Positions 12,375-22,743 of a stretch of 64,000 nucleotides of DNA are shown here, piece by piece. The stretch is from Sulfolobaceae archaeon (GTDB lineage: Archaea > Thermoproteota > Thermoprotei_A > Sulfolobales > Sulfolobaceae): assembly GCA_038893355.1 (NCBI GenBank), contig JAWARQ010000001.1:256001-320000 (forward strand), in the 5' to 3' direction. The notes beneath the pieces were generated by a model. It was given only the letters and a program-made list of their open reading frames with translations. It searched no databases and was not told the origin of the DNA. The translations under genes and the position numbers were made by a program. Position 1 is the first letter of the stretch. Each line of letters begins with the position of its first letter.

Positions 12375-12980
12375 ATGAATTGGGAAGAGAGAAAAAAATT
12401 AGCATGGGAAAGGATATTAGTCGATAAGGAAATTGGTTATTTAGACCCAGATATATATGAAGTTTTAGAGGCCTTTTTTAAGAGACCAAAATCTTATACA
12501 AAGAGTAGCTGTTCTGGCAGAATTATAATAATAGATTCACTATATCCTTGGCAAAGGAAAAATTCTACAATAATTTATAAAAATCATTTTGGAATAAAAT
12601 TGGAAATTCTAGAAGATATAGTAAATAAACCTCATGAGTACATGCTTTGGTTATTAGTACAGAGTCCCATTATTCATGTATATACTTTTGATTATGATGA
12701 GGCATGGGAGGTTTTAAAAATAGCAAGGGCTGCAGGTTTTAAACATAGTGGTATTCTCGTCCATAATGAAAATGGAATTTTAGTTGAAATAAGGTCAGGT
12801 ATTGGAATGATTCAGTTATTAAAAGATAAGAACGGTAAAGTTGTCAGTGATTTAAAAGCTGTTACGGTAGTAGCAAATGATATATTAGCTAAAGGTAAAG
12901 AAAAACTAAACAAACTAAAACAACATTTACTATCTGAAGTCAATTATTCTATGAAGCTGCGGGAGGACTCTAAAGGGTAA
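12375..12980 (+). CDS. taw3: tRNA wyosine-derivative methyltransferase Taw3/TYW3
   Basis: YLDPDI, TKSSCSGRI, PIIHV and AGFKHSGI motifs. Confidence 0.92.
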   Translation: MNWEERKKLAWERILVDKEIGYLDPDIYEVLEAFFKRPKSYTKSSCSGRIIIIDSLYPWQRKNSTIIYKNHFGIKLEILEDIVNKPHEYMLWLLVQSPIIHVYTFDYDEAWEVLKIARAAGFKHSGILVHNENGILVEIRSGIGMIQLLKDKNGKVVSDLKAVTVVANDILAKGKEKLNKLKQHLLSEVNYSMKLREDSKG

Positions 12981-13565
12981 TTTCATTTCTAATATTGTTT
13001 CAGAGAGTTCTCTTAACGCTTGTATATAATCCTTTCTCCTTCCATCAGGTTGTACTATAACTTTTTCTGGATCAATACCGTTTTTAACTACAAATTCTTG
13101 AACTTCTTTAAGATCCTTTTTAGGATTTAATATCACAAACTTATAGTATGTTGGCCAAGTCTCATTTTTAAGATTATAAGGTATAAAAAAACCTGCATTA
13201 GACAGTTTAGGTGATACTGAAAATACATCAACTAGTTCAATTAACTTCTTACTAGGTCTAATTGTTCCACTAGTTTCAACTATTATCTTATGTTCCATCT
13301 CCTTAAGCTTTGATGCTAATGGAACTAGATCTTGTAATAGGGGCTCACCACCGGTTATTGTAGTGACCTTTACCTCCTTATCCAGCTCATTTATTATCTC
13401 ATCAACAGACATTAACTTACCTTCATATTTAAACCAAGAATATTTTGTATCACACCATATACATCTTAATAAACATCCAGCAAGTCTTATGAAGTTAGAT
13501 GGAATACCTATCACATTACCTTCTCCTTGTATCGATGTGAATATTTCAGAAATCCAATATTTCAT
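12930..13565 (-). CDS. queE: 7-carboxy-7-deazaguanine synthase (radical SAM)
   Basis: EIFTSIQGEG, FIRLAGCLLRCIWCDT, TGGEP, ETSG, SPK and QLH motifs. Confidence 0.9.
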   Translation of the reverse strand: MKYWISEIFTSIQGEGNVIGIPSNFIRLAGCLLRCIWCDTKYSWFKYEGKLMSVDEIINELDKEVKVTTITGGEPLLQDLVPLASKLKEMEHKIIVETSGTIRPSKKLIELVDVFSVSPKLSNAGFFIPYNLKNETWPTYYKFVILNPKKDLKEVQEFVVKNGIDPEKVIVQPDGRRKDYIQALRELSETILEMKLPFRVLPQLHRIIDFR

Positions 13566-14551
13566 TTACCAGTAGCCTTTATACCTAATAATTTAAAAGT
13601 TTCTTGTAACAGTATATCAAGATTATATCCTTTCTCGGAACTTATTTCTATCCATTTTCTATTCATTCTTAATAATTCTGATATAACTTGATTATAAATT
13701 GTTTCATCTTTTTTATCAATTTTATTTAAAACTATAATAACTTCTTTTCCAGTATTTATTACCTCCTTAAGTAAATTAATTTGTTGTTCTGGGGTATATA
13801 ATGAATCTTTCGATACATCTATAAGAAATACTATGATACCATTAAGATTAACTATAGCATTTATTGCTTTTCTCTCTATTAGGTTTCTTTCACTCATTGG
13901 TCTATCTAAAATACCGGGTGTATCAATAACTTGTACCCTACTATCGTCTATAAAAATATGGCCTACATGAATATCTTTAGTAGTAAATGGATAATGTGCA
14001 ATTTCTGGTTTTGCAGTAGAAATTTTAGAAACTAGTGTAGATTTTCCAACATTCGGAGCTCCAGCTATTATAATTGTTGGTAAAGTAGGATCAACTGATT
14101 TTAATTTCTTTGCTTCTTTAGCTATAGAAATAAGAAAATTTATACAATCTTTATTTTCTCTCAGTACCGATGAAGCCCTTCCAAAACCTTGCCTCATTAA
14201 TAAATTAGGATCATTTTCCTCCTTTTTAATTTTATTTATATATTTTTTTAATAAAATTTTTGCGATTTTTATTGATTTATAAGACTTTATTAAACATCTC
14301 TTTACATCGTCTATACTACTCTTTGCAATAATTTCTATAGACTCTTTATAGAATGGGTGAAGATTATCTAGGTTTGGAAAGCTTTTTAAAAATATTTCGT
14401 ATTTACTGAGATTATTAAAATATCTTGCTAATCTCCTAATTTCTCTATCCTTTTTCGTGTTACCTTTAATTTTACGTAAACTTTCGAGTTGTATTTTAAT
14501 AAACTCCTCTACGTTCTCTGGTATTTGCAATCTTTCAAAAGGATTTAACAT
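13562..14551 (-). CDS. NOG1/Obg-family GTP-binding protein
   Basis: GAPNVGKS, YPFTT, DTPG and NKID GTPase motifs; LHPFY NOG1 N-terminal motif. Confidence 0.92.
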   Translation of the reverse strand: MLNPFERLQIPENVEEFIKIQLESLRKIKGNTKKDREIRRLARYFNNLSKYEIFLKSFPNLDNLHPFYKESIEIIAKSSIDDVKRCLIKSYKSIKIAKILLKKYINKIKKEENDPNLLMRQGFGRASSVLRENKDCINFLISIAKEAKKLKSVDPTLPTIIIAGAPNVGKSTLVSKISTAKPEIAHYPFTTKDIHVGHIFIDDSRVQVIDTPGILDRPMSERNLIERKAINAIVNLNGIIVFLIDVSKDSLYTPEQQINLLKEVINTGKEVIIVLNKIDKKDETIYNQVISELLRMNRKWIEISSEKGYNLDILLQETFKLLGIKATGK

Positions 14552-14886
14552 ACTTTTGTTCCCGGTGGTATTTCCCCATCTACTGTTAAAATTTTAGGCT
14601 TAATTCCTCTAATTTCATCTTCTTTACATCCTCCTGCAAGAATCATTCCTTGACTTTCATAACCTCTAATCTTTTTAGGTTTTAAATTTGCGACAACTAC
14701 AACTCTCTTATTTAGTAACTCTTCTGGCGAATAATAATCCCCTAACCCTGCAATAATCTGTCTTTGTTGATCTCCAAGATCTACTATTAACCTTAAAAGT
14801 CTAGTACCCTCTATTCTCTCTGCCGACTTTACTATACCAACTCTTAGATCTATCTTTTGAAACTCTTCTATAGATATTTCTTGCAT
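14545..14886 (-). CDS. tRNA-binding OB-fold protein (Trbp111/MetRS C-domain-like)
   Basis: FQKIDLRVG, VDLG and NLKPKKIRGYESQGMIL motifs. Confidence 0.92.
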   Translation of the reverse strand: MQEISIEEFQKIDLRVGIVKSAERIEGTRLLRLIVDLGDQQRQIIAGLGDYYSPEELLNKRVVVVANLKPKKIRGYESQGMILAGGCKEDEIRGIKPKILTVDGEIPPGTKVC

Positions 14887-14920
14887 GTAAAATATTGTAG
14901 AGTAGATTTAAATTAAGTCT

Positions 14921-14949
14921 GTTCTTTTACTTAAATAAGTAAAAAGAAC
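14921..14949. repeat. Imperfect inverted repeat in the trbp/purC divergent intergenic region
   Basis: GTTCTTTTACTTA-AA-TAAGTAAAAAGAAC: 13 matching pairs with one extra A in the right arm. Confidence 0.75.
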
Positions 14950-14962
14950 TAGCGTAATACGT

Positions 14963-14978
14963 ACTAAATTTTTTAAAC
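14963..14978 (+). promoter_or_regulatory. BRE/TATA of the pur operon (leaderless purC)
   Basis: CTAAATTTTTTAAA, with the TATA element about 25 nt upstream of ATG 14999. Confidence 0.6.
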
Positions 14979-14998
14979 AACTATGTAAATACTTACTC

Positions 14999-15709
14999 AT
15001 GTTAAGTTTTCAAAAAATAGGTGAGGGTAAAACTAAGGAAGTTTATTACTTTGACAATACTCGTATATTGTTGAGATTTAAGGATACGATTACTGCTGGA
15101 GATGGTCAAAAACGAGATTTGATTCCAAATAAAGGAGTAATAAATGCTCAAACTTCTGCAATACTTTTCAGAGTATTAGAAAGCCGAGGAATTAATACCC
15201 ATTATATAGGAATGTTCGATGAAAGAACGATGATAGCTAAAAAGTTAAACATGATACCGTTAGAAATTGTAGCGAGAAAAATTGCTACTGGTAGTATAAT
15301 AAGGAGATTACCGATAAAAGAAGGTGAAATTTTCGATCCTCCTATCGTTGAGTTTTTCCTTAAAAATGACGCACTTCATGATCCACTTCTGAATAATCAT
15401 CATATTCGATATCTAAAGCTTATGAATTACGACGAGATAAATAAGGCAGAGGAAATTGCCATTAAAACGCTCAATATACTTTATGACTTTCTTAAACCTA
15501 AAGGCTTGATATTATATGATTTAAAGATAGAATTAGGGAGGGATGAGAACGGAGAGTTAATTATAGGTGATGAGATAAGTTTAGATTCCATGAGGGTTAG
15601 GGAAGAAGGAAGTAATAGAATATTAGATAAGGATCTATATAGGAAAGGTGCTGAAATAGGAATTGTAAAGGCTGCATATGAAGAGTTCTTATCAAGGATA
15701 ATGAGGTAA
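14999..15709 (+). CDS. purC: SAICAR synthetase
   Basis: [31 protein letters not shown] and LDKD motifs. Confidence 0.96.
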   Translation: MLSFQKIGEGKTKEVYYFDNTRILLRFKDTITAGDGQKRDLIPNKGVINAQTSAILFRVLESRGINTHYIGMFDERTMIAKKLNMIPLEIVARKIATGSIIRRLPIKEGEIFDPPIVEFFLKNDALHDPLLNNHHIRYLKLMNYDEINKAEEIAIKTLNILYDFLKPKGLILYDLKIELGRDENGELIIGDEISLDSMRVREEGSNRILDKDLYRKGAEIGIVKAAYEEFLSRIMR

Positions 15710-15715
15710 ATATAA

Positions 15716-15973
15716 ATGTTCATAGTAGAGCTATTAATTTACACTAAGGATGGTGTTAGAGATCCTGAAGGAGAGACAATATATCGCTATATGGTCTCAA
15801 AGGTATCTAGTCTAGTCAAAGAAGTTAGAGCTGGGAAATATTTACGGTTTACGTTAGATGTTGAGAGTAAGGAGAAAGCAATAGAGGAAGTAGTAAGAGT
15901 TTCAAATGAGCTAATGTTATACAACCCTCTAGTTCATAAAATAGAGGTAAGGATTCGTGATAGCAATAGTTAA
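15716..15973 (+). CDS. purS: FGAM synthase PurS subunit
   Basis: RDPEGETI, RAGKY and LYNP motifs. Confidence 0.93.
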   Translation: MFIVELLIYTKDGVRDPEGETIYRYMVSKVSSLVKEVRAGKYLRFTLDVESKEKAIEEVVRVSNELMLYNPLVHKIEVRIRDSNS

Positions 15974-16634
15974 GTTTCCTGGCTCTACTTGTGAGTATGA
16001 TACTTATAAGGCGCTAAAAGAACTAAAATTAGATGCAGAAATCGTTAGGCATAGAGAATTTGATCCCGATAAATATACTGCAGTCATTCTGCCTGGAGGG
16101 TTTAGTTTCGGGGACTATTTGAGAGCTGGTGCGATTGCAGCTCATACAGAAATAGTGAGAAAGATAAAGGAAATGGCAAATGAAGGAAAGGTAGTAATTG
16201 GAATTTGTAATGGATTTCAAATATTAGTAGAAAGCGGTATATTGCCTGGAGCATTACTGAAGAACTTAAATCTTCGATTTATTAGTAAGTGGGTTTATTT
16301 AAGGGTTTTAAGACGAGATACTATCTTGACAAAGAGATTACAGAAGGAAATTCTTGTAATGCCAATAGCGCATTCTGAGGGTAGGTATTTTATTGATGAT
16401 TTAGAAAAGGCAAAAAAATTAGCATTTCTAGCATACTCTAACCAACGAGGTGAAATTACTCCAGAATTTAATCCAAATGGGTCTATTCTCAATATAGCAG
16501 GTATTGCAAATGAAGAAGGAAACGTAATTGGAATGATGCCACATCCAGAAAGGGCATCTTTCATAACTACTTCACCTTTCAATTCAATAGATGGACTTGA
16601 GCTTTTAAGGGGGTTAAAATACATTGAAAATTAG
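15957..16634 (+). CDS. purQ: FGAM synthase glutaminase subunit
   Basis: FPGS, PGGFSFGDYLRAG, GICNGFQ and MPHPER motifs. Confidence 0.97.
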   Translation: MIAIVKFPGSTCEYDTYKALKELKLDAEIVRHREFDPDKYTAVILPGGFSFGDYLRAGAIAAHTEIVRKIKEMANEGKVVIGICNGFQILVESGILPGALLKNLNLRFISKWVYLRVLRRDTILTKRLQKEILVMPIAHSEGRYFIDDLEKAKKLAFLAYSNQRGEITPEFNPNGSILNIAGIANEEGNVIGMMPHPERASFITTSPFNSIDGLELLRGLKYIEN

Positions 16635-18756
16635 TCTTACACCTAAGGAAATGGAAATTATAAGACATAAATTAAAGAGAGAACCTAATGAGGTAGAATG
16701 GGCTATATTTGATGCTGTATGGTCTGAGCATTGTGCCTATAAATCCTCTAAATTCTTCTTAAGAGGCTTTTCGTATAAGGATGAGAAAGTAATAATGGGA
16801 ATTGAAGATTGGCAAGATGCTGGTGCTATCGATATAGGCGACGGATGGGCTTTAATACTAAAAGTAGAAAGCCATAATCATCCGTCAGCAGTTGATCCTT
16901 TTAATGGTGCTGCTACTGGCGTAGGCGGAATTATAAGGGATATTATAAGTAAGGGTGCAAAACCAATAGCACTTCTAGATATGCTAAGAGTTGGAACAAA
17001 TAGAAGAGCTAAATGGCTACTAAAGAACATAGTTGCAGGTATCGGTTTCTATGGAAATAGCATAGGAGTGCCAGTAATAGGAGGAGAATTATCTTTTGAC
17101 GAAAGTTATAATGATAATCCTCTGGTCGATGTAGCTGGTATAGGAATAGTAAGAAAGGATAAGATAAAAGCTAGTGTAGTAAAAGAGTCAGGATTACTTT
17201 TAGTAATAGCAGGTGAAACTGGATTAGATGGAATTGGTGGTGCGTCATTTGCTTCTAGGAAATTAAGCGGAGAGGACGAAAGAGGTGCAGTACAAATTGC
17301 CGATCCGTTTGCTGGAAAGATCATAATAGATGTGACCTTAAATATAGTTGATTACGTTGAAGCTATAAAAGATTTAGGAGGGGGTGGTTTAGCAGTAGCG
17401 GTTACAGAAATTTCTAATGGGCTTGGTGCGAGAGTTTATCTAGATAGACTTCCATTAAAGGTAAAGGAATTATCTCCACTAGAAATGATAGTCTCTGAGA
17501 CGCAAGAAAGAATGTTATATGCTGTAAAGCCAGAGAATGTAGATAAAGTCTGCAAAGAATTTGAATACTACGAATACCCTTGTGCAGTTATCGGGGAAAT
17601 AACATCAGATCATTATATTAGATTCTTCTATAATAATATAGAAATTGCTTCTTTACCCTCAAATTTATTATTAGACCCTCCGATATATGTGTGGGATATT
17701 AGAAGACCAAAGAATAAATCGAATTTAGGAGATAATAGAGTAATTGAAGTTGAATTAGAAACTGCGATTAGGAAGGTAATTTCTCACCCAGATCTAGTAA
17801 GTAAGGAATGGGTTTATTCACAGTATGATTATGAAGTAGGTACTTCTACAGTAATAAAGCCTGGTGAAGCAGATGCAGCAGTCATTGAACTTCCTAATCA
17901 TAAGTTTCTGGCAGTTAAAGGGGATGCTAATCCAGATTGGTGTAGTGTCGATCCATATGAATGTGGTAAAGGTATAGTTGGTGAGGCATATAGAAATCTC
18001 GCGACAGTAGGTGCTAGAGGAGTAGCAATGGTAGATCATCTGCAGTTTGGAGATCCAAGAAAGCCAGAAATCTACTATTACTTTGAAGAAGCATTAAGGG
18101 GTATAGCAGAAGCTTCAAGATTTTTTAAAATCCCTATAGTTGGTGGAAAGGTTTCTTTCTATAATGAGAATAATAAAGGAGAAGCAATAAAGCCTACACC
18201 ATTAATAGTAATGGCTGGTTTAGTGGATGGTAAGGTGCTAAGGAATAAGGTCGAGGAGGGTCTATACATAGTTCTAATAGGATTTACTAGGGAGGAAATG
18301 AACGGATCTCTGTTATGTAAAATCTTTGGAAATTATGGATCACCAATGAAGTCACGTCTGGAAGAGGATAGAGTAGCTAGTGAAATAGTCATATCATCTA
18401 TAAATTCTTCTAATATAACTTTTGCAAAAGATGTTAGTAAAGGAGGAATAATAGGTGCGATCTTACCTATACTTGCTAAAGGTTTTGGGGTAAAAATAAA
18501 TACTTACAATATTCGTGCAGATACCGATTCTATTCTTCATAAACTCTTCTCGGAAAGTGCAGGCAGGTTTATTGTTCTCACGTCAGAGCCAGATAGTATT
18601 ATTCAATTATCCCATAAATTTGGAGTAGTTAGCTCAGTTATAGGCAAGACAACAACTGTATCATATTCGCTTAATGTCGATGATAATGTATTTGATTTAA
18701 CTAGAGAGATTGAGAATTATTATAATTACCTTGAGTTGGTGATGAGTAATGATTAG
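16624..18756 (+). CDS. purL: FGAM synthase PurL subunit
   Basis: WSEHC, ESHNHPS, GAATGVGG, SETQER and GGKVSFYN motifs. Confidence 0.97.
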   Translation: MKISLTPKEMEIIRHKLKREPNEVEWAIFDAVWSEHCAYKSSKFFLRGFSYKDEKVIMGIEDWQDAGAIDIGDGWALILKVESHNHPSAVDPFNGAATGVGGIIRDIISKGAKPIALLDMLRVGTNRRAKWLLKNIVAGIGFYGNSIGVPVIGGELSFDESYNDNPLVDVAGIGIVRKDKIKASVVKESGLLLVIAGETGLDGIGGASFASRKLSGEDERGAVQIADPFAGKIIIDVTLNIVDYVEAIKDLGGGGLAVAVTEISNGLGARVYLDRLPLKVKELSPLEMIVSETQERMLYAVKPENVDKVCKEFEYYEYPCAVIGEITSDHYIRFFYNNIEIASLPSNLLLDPPIYVWDIRRPKNKSNLGDNRVIEVELETAIRKVISHPDLVSKEWVYSQYDYEVGTSTVIKPGEADAAVIELPNHKFLAVKGDANPDWCSVDPYECGKGIVGEAYRNLATVGARGVAMVDHLQFGDPRKPEIYYYFEEALRGIAEASRFFKIPIVGGKVSFYNENNKGEAIKPTPLIVMAGLVDGKVLRNKVEEGLYIVLIGFTREEMNGSLLCKIFGNYGSPMKSRLEEDRVASEIVISSINSSNITFAKDVSKGGIIGAILPILAKGFGVKINTYNIRADTDSILHKLFSESAGRFIVLTSEPDSIIQLSHKFGVVSSVIGKTTTVSYSLNVDDNVFDLTREIENYYNYLELVMSND

Positions 18757-20095
18757 AGAACATTGTGGTGTTGTGGCAGTAAGGGGCAAAGACGCTGTTA
18801 AAATTGCATATGAGGCGTTAAAGTTATTACAACATAGGGGTCAGGAGTCTGCAGGGATAGCGTTTGTTAAGAGGGGAAAGATCTATATAGAGAAGGGGTT
18901 AGGATTAGTTGAAGAGGCACTAAGGGAGAGTATAGTTAATGAGGAAAGCGAGGCAGCAATAGGTCATGTAAGGTATTCTACAACTGGGCAGAGTTCTATA
19001 GTTGAGGCACAACCTATTAGTAGCAATGAACTAGCGCTTGCATTTAATGGTAATATTACTAATTATTTTGAACTAGACATAGAAGCTAAAACTGATACGG
19101 AATTTATATTACACTTCCTAGAAAGTAGAAAGGAAAAATCTATTATTTCTAGGCTAATTGAATTCTCTAAAGTTTCTGATGGTTCGTTCTCGATTGTGAT
19201 ATTAACTAGAGAGGGTGAGATTATAGGCTTTAGGGATCCGCGCGGATTTAGACCTTTAAGTGTAGGTAAAGTTGGTAATAGTATAATTATTGCTTCTGAA
19301 GACTCAGTAATAAGGCAATTAGGTGGTGAGGAAGTAAGGGATGTTTTACCTGGCGAGATCTTAATGATAAAAGGGAATGATATGCTTAGTATAAGGGTTA
19401 AAAGCTCATATAGCATTAGTACTTGTGCTTTTGAATACATTTATTTTTCAAGACCAGATACAAAAATAGATGGAATATCCGTATATTTAGCTAGGGTAAG
19501 GTTAGGTGAGATACTTGCAGAAAATCATCCAGCTAATGCGGATATAGTAACATACGTACCAGACTCTTCAAGACCAATAGCTATAGGATTTAGCAGAAAG
19601 AGTAAATTACCTTTAGAAGAGGCGATTTTCAAAACTTTTATTTCAAAACGTTCATTTATCATGCCTAATCAAGATAAACGATTAAGTATGATTGAGGAAA
19701 AATTTGGTATTGTAGCCGATGTAGTTTATGATAAGAGAATAGTGTTAATTGACGATTCTATAGTTAGGGGTAATACTTTAAGAAAAATAATAGCTAGATT
19801 GAGAGATGCTGGTGCAAAGGAAATCCATGTTCGTATTGGCTCACCTATGATAAGATATCCATGTTATATGGGTATTGACTTTCCTACTAGACATGAGCTC
19901 ATAGCTTATAATCGAAATGAAAAGGAAATCGCAAATATCTTAGGAGCAGATTCGCTAGAATATTTAACTATTGATGAATTAATTAAAGGAATAGGAAGAA
20001 AAGATTTATGCTTAGCATGCTTTAGTGGTAATTATCCTTTATCTAAAAGTTATGACATCTCTCTACTCGAATCCGTTTTTAGTAGGGGGAAATAG
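18749..20095 (+). CDS. purF: Amidophosphoribosyltransferase (catalytic, with propeptide and Fe-S cysteines)
   Basis: MIREH-CGVV (Ntn Cys after a propeptide), QHRGQES, GHVRYST, NGNI, DDSIVRG and CLAC motifs. Confidence 0.96.
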   Translation: MIREHCGVVAVRGKDAVKIAYEALKLLQHRGQESAGIAFVKRGKIYIEKGLGLVEEALRESIVNEESEAAIGHVRYSTTGQSSIVEAQPISSNELALAFNGNITNYFELDIEAKTDTEFILHFLESRKEKSIISRLIEFSKVSDGSFSIVILTREGEIIGFRDPRGFRPLSVGKVGNSIIIASEDSVIRQLGGEEVRDVLPGEILMIKGNDMLSIRVKSSYSISTCAFEYIYFSRPDTKIDGISVYLARVRLGEILAENHPANADIVTYVPDSSRPIAIGFSRKSKLPLEEAIFKTFISKRSFIMPNQDKRLSMIEEKFGIVADVVYDKRIVLIDDSIVRGNTLRKIIARLRDAGAKEIHVRIGSPMIRYPCYMGIDFPTRHELIAYNRNEKEIANILGADSLEYLTIDELIKGIGRKDLCLACFSGNYPLSKSYDISLLESVFSRGK

Positions 20096-20097
20096 TT

Positions 20098-21312
20098 ATG
20101 GGAGGAATAGTTGGAATATTAGCGTTTGATAAGGTATGGAATGTAGCACCATTTATAAAGTATTCTCTTATGGGACTTCAGCATAGAGGATATAGAAGTA
20201 CTTTCATAGGACTTCTAAATGAAGGTAGTTTAAGTAGTAAGGAGTTTAGCGCAGCGCCAGAAGATATTGAAATTGAAGGCCTTAATGGTTGGATAGGTGT
20301 AGGTGAGAATTCAAGTTCTGGGAAAAACTATGTAGTATCTAATAATGGTATTTTAGTTTATGACGGTTATGTTAGCAATCCGAAAGAGCTAATCGAATGC
20401 GTAGAGAAAGATTATGAAAAAGTACTAGAGAACGATTTGGGCATTTTTTCAATGATTTATCTGTCAAGATCTGGATATATTATAGGTTTTAGAGACGAAA
20501 GCGGTATAAAGCCTTTATGGCTAGGAGGATTTGGATTTGATTTAGCAATTCTTGCATCAGAGTCAGTAGGTATTAGTGTAATTGGTGCAGAACCTATAAG
20601 AGAAGTTAAGCCGGGAGAAGTTATATTCATTGATAGATACAGAGTTCATTCAAAACAGTTAAAGGAGCCAAAACCGCAATATTGTAGTATAGAGTATATA
20701 TACCAATCAAGAATTGATAGTGTTTATAATGGTTCGGCAATCTACGATGTTAGAATTAAAATAGGTGAGGAATTAGCTAAAGAGAGGCCAATAGTTGCAG
20801 ATGTAGTTATAGGAGTACCAGATACTGCAATTCCTTTCGCGATAGGTTATGCTAGGGCTTTGGGTTTAAGATTTGATTTAGGATTTGCAAGGACAGGCAG
20901 CCCAATAAGGACAATGTTAGCTTCAGATGAATTCATGAAGGTAGTAGGGGTTCAACTTAAATTAAATCCAATACAATCGGCTGTTTCTGGAAAGCGAGTA
21001 GTTTTAATAGACGATTCTATGGTTACGGGGACTACTCTAAAATTAACTGCATTTATGCTAAGAAAAATGGGAGCTAAGGAAATCCATGTTCTTATTGGCA
21101 GTCCTAAGTTAACTAATAAATGTCCTTATGGTGTTGAAATACCAGATCAAAAGTATTTGATAGCAGCAAATTTAGATGAAAGGTCTATTATAAGAGAATT
21201 AGGTGTAGATTCTATATATTGGTTAAGTATAGACGGGTTATATAGAGTCATAGGGCATAAAAATTTATGTTTAGGTTGTATGTTAGGAAAATATCCTAAA
21301 GTGGTGAAATAG
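20098..21312 (+). CDS. PurF paralogue lacking the glutaminase nucleophile
   Basis: Starts MGGIVG with no Cys1. QHRG and DDSMVTGTT are retained; GHVRYST and NG are lost. Confidence 0.85.
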   Translation: MGGIVGILAFDKVWNVAPFIKYSLMGLQHRGYRSTFIGLLNEGSLSSKEFSAAPEDIEIEGLNGWIGVGENSSSGKNYVVSNNGILVYDGYVSNPKELIECVEKDYEKVLENDLGIFSMIYLSRSGYIIGFRDESGIKPLWLGGFGFDLAILASESVGISVIGAEPIREVKPGEVIFIDRYRVHSKQLKEPKPQYCSIEYIYQSRIDSVYNGSAIYDVRIKIGEELAKERPIVADVVIGVPDTAIPFAIGYARALGLRFDLGFARTGSPIRTMLASDEFMKVVGVQLKLNPIQSAVSGKRVVLIDDSMVTGTTLKLTAFMLRKMGAKEIHVLIGSPKLTNKCPYGVEIPDQKYLIAANLDERSIIRELGVDSIYWLSIDGLYRVIGHKNLCLGCMLGKYPKVVK

Positions 21313-22743
21313 ATGAAAAAAGTCTTGTTAATTGGTGATGGTGCAAGAGAACATGCACTAGCAGATGCTTTAATGAGATCTAATGAAGGTTATAGAGTTT
21401 TTGCAATTTCAAGTTATAGAAACCCTGGAATAGATGAAGTAGTTAGAGCTACTGGCGGAGAATACTATTTCGGTAATATAAACTCTAGAGAGGTAATTAG
21501 AAAAGTAATAAATTTAGTTAATCCGGATTTCGGAGTAATAGGACCGGAGGAACCATTATTTCATGGAATAAGTGATGAATTTCGAGAAAATGGAATTCCA
21601 GTTGTTGGGCCTTCTAGTAAATGTGCTATGATAGAAAAATCTAAGGTGTGGATGAGGGAGTTAATGTGGAAGTATAAGATACCCGGGAGACTAAGATTTA
21701 AGGCTTTTATTAGTATAGAGGATGCTATAAGTTTTATTATTCAAAAATCTGGTTCGATTGTTATCAAACCTGCAGAACAGGCTGGCGGAAAGGGTGTAAA
21801 AGTCATTGCTGATATCCAAAGATATCTATCTAATGAGAAAAAGAGCGCTGCTGTTAAAAGTTTAAAAGAAATAAGTAGTCTTGCAAAGGGAGAATATAAG
21901 ATACTAGTAGAAGAAAAAGTTGACGGTATTGAATATACATTACATATTCTAACTGATGGAAAATCTTTTCTTGCCTTACCATTAGCCCAAGATTATAAAC
22001 ATGCATATTCAGAAGGTATAGGGCCAGAAACTGGAGGTATGGGATCAATATCTGGACCCGGCTATTTATTACCGTTCATTAATGAAGAAGAGCATAGGAA
22101 AACGGTAGAGATAATAACTATGACTATTCAAGCTATACAGAGAGAAACAAATGAAAAATACATAGGCATTATTGGGGGTCAAATGATGCTAACAGATTTA
22201 TGGGGACCAACCCTAATAGAATTTTACGCTAGAATGGGAGATCCCGAGACTTCTGCAATATTACCTAGAATAATAGAGGATTATGGTAGAATTTTAGAGT
22301 TAACAGCAACTGGTCATATTAATAAAGGGAAATTAGAAATCAAAGAAGATATATCTGTAGTTAGGGCGATAGCTCCATTAGGATATCCTATAGATAGGCA
22401 AATGGCTTCTAATAAAGAAATTTATATAGATATTAATAAATTAAAAGAAGAAGGTTGTTATATATACTTTGGATCTGTTGCACTAGAAGGCATGAAACTT
22501 ATTACTAAAGGCTCTAGAGCACTCGAGATAGGCGTGGTTTCAAGAAATTATCCTTCAGCAATTGAAAAGTTAGATAAATGTATCAAATATATTAATTCAA
22601 ATACTGTACTAATATATAGGACTGATATAGGGCGAGATATAGAAAAAATGATAAATAAATCACAGATAATAAGGTATTCCTATTTGAAGAGAATAGAAAA
22701 TGGAACTTTAGGTAGTAGTGAAGAGTGGTACGAATATGTCTGA
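21313..22743 (+). CDS. purD: Phosphoribosylamine-glycine ligase
   Basis: GDGAREHA, GPEEPL, GGKGV and QDYK...GPETGGMG motifs. Confidence 0.96.
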   Translation: MKKVLLIGDGAREHALADALMRSNEGYRVFAISSYRNPGIDEVVRATGGEYYFGNINSREVIRKVINLVNPDFGVIGPEEPLFHGISDEFRENGIPVVGPSSKCAMIEKSKVWMRELMWKYKIPGRLRFKAFISIEDAISFIIQKSGSIVIKPAEQAGGKGVKVIADIQRYLSNEKKSAAVKSLKEISSLAKGEYKILVEEKVDGIEYTLHILTDGKSFLALPLAQDYKHAYSEGIGPETGGMGSISGPGYLLPFINEEEHRKTVEIITMTIQAIQRETNEKYIGIIGGQMMLTDLWGPTLIEFYARMGDPETSAILPRIIEDYGRILELTATGHINKGKLEIKEDISVVRAIAPLGYPIDRQMASNKEIYIDINKLKEEGCYIYFGSVALEGMKLITKGSRALEIGVVSRNYPSAIEKLDKCIKYINSNTVLIYRTDIGRDIEKMINKSQIIRYSYLKRIENGTLGSSEEWYEYV

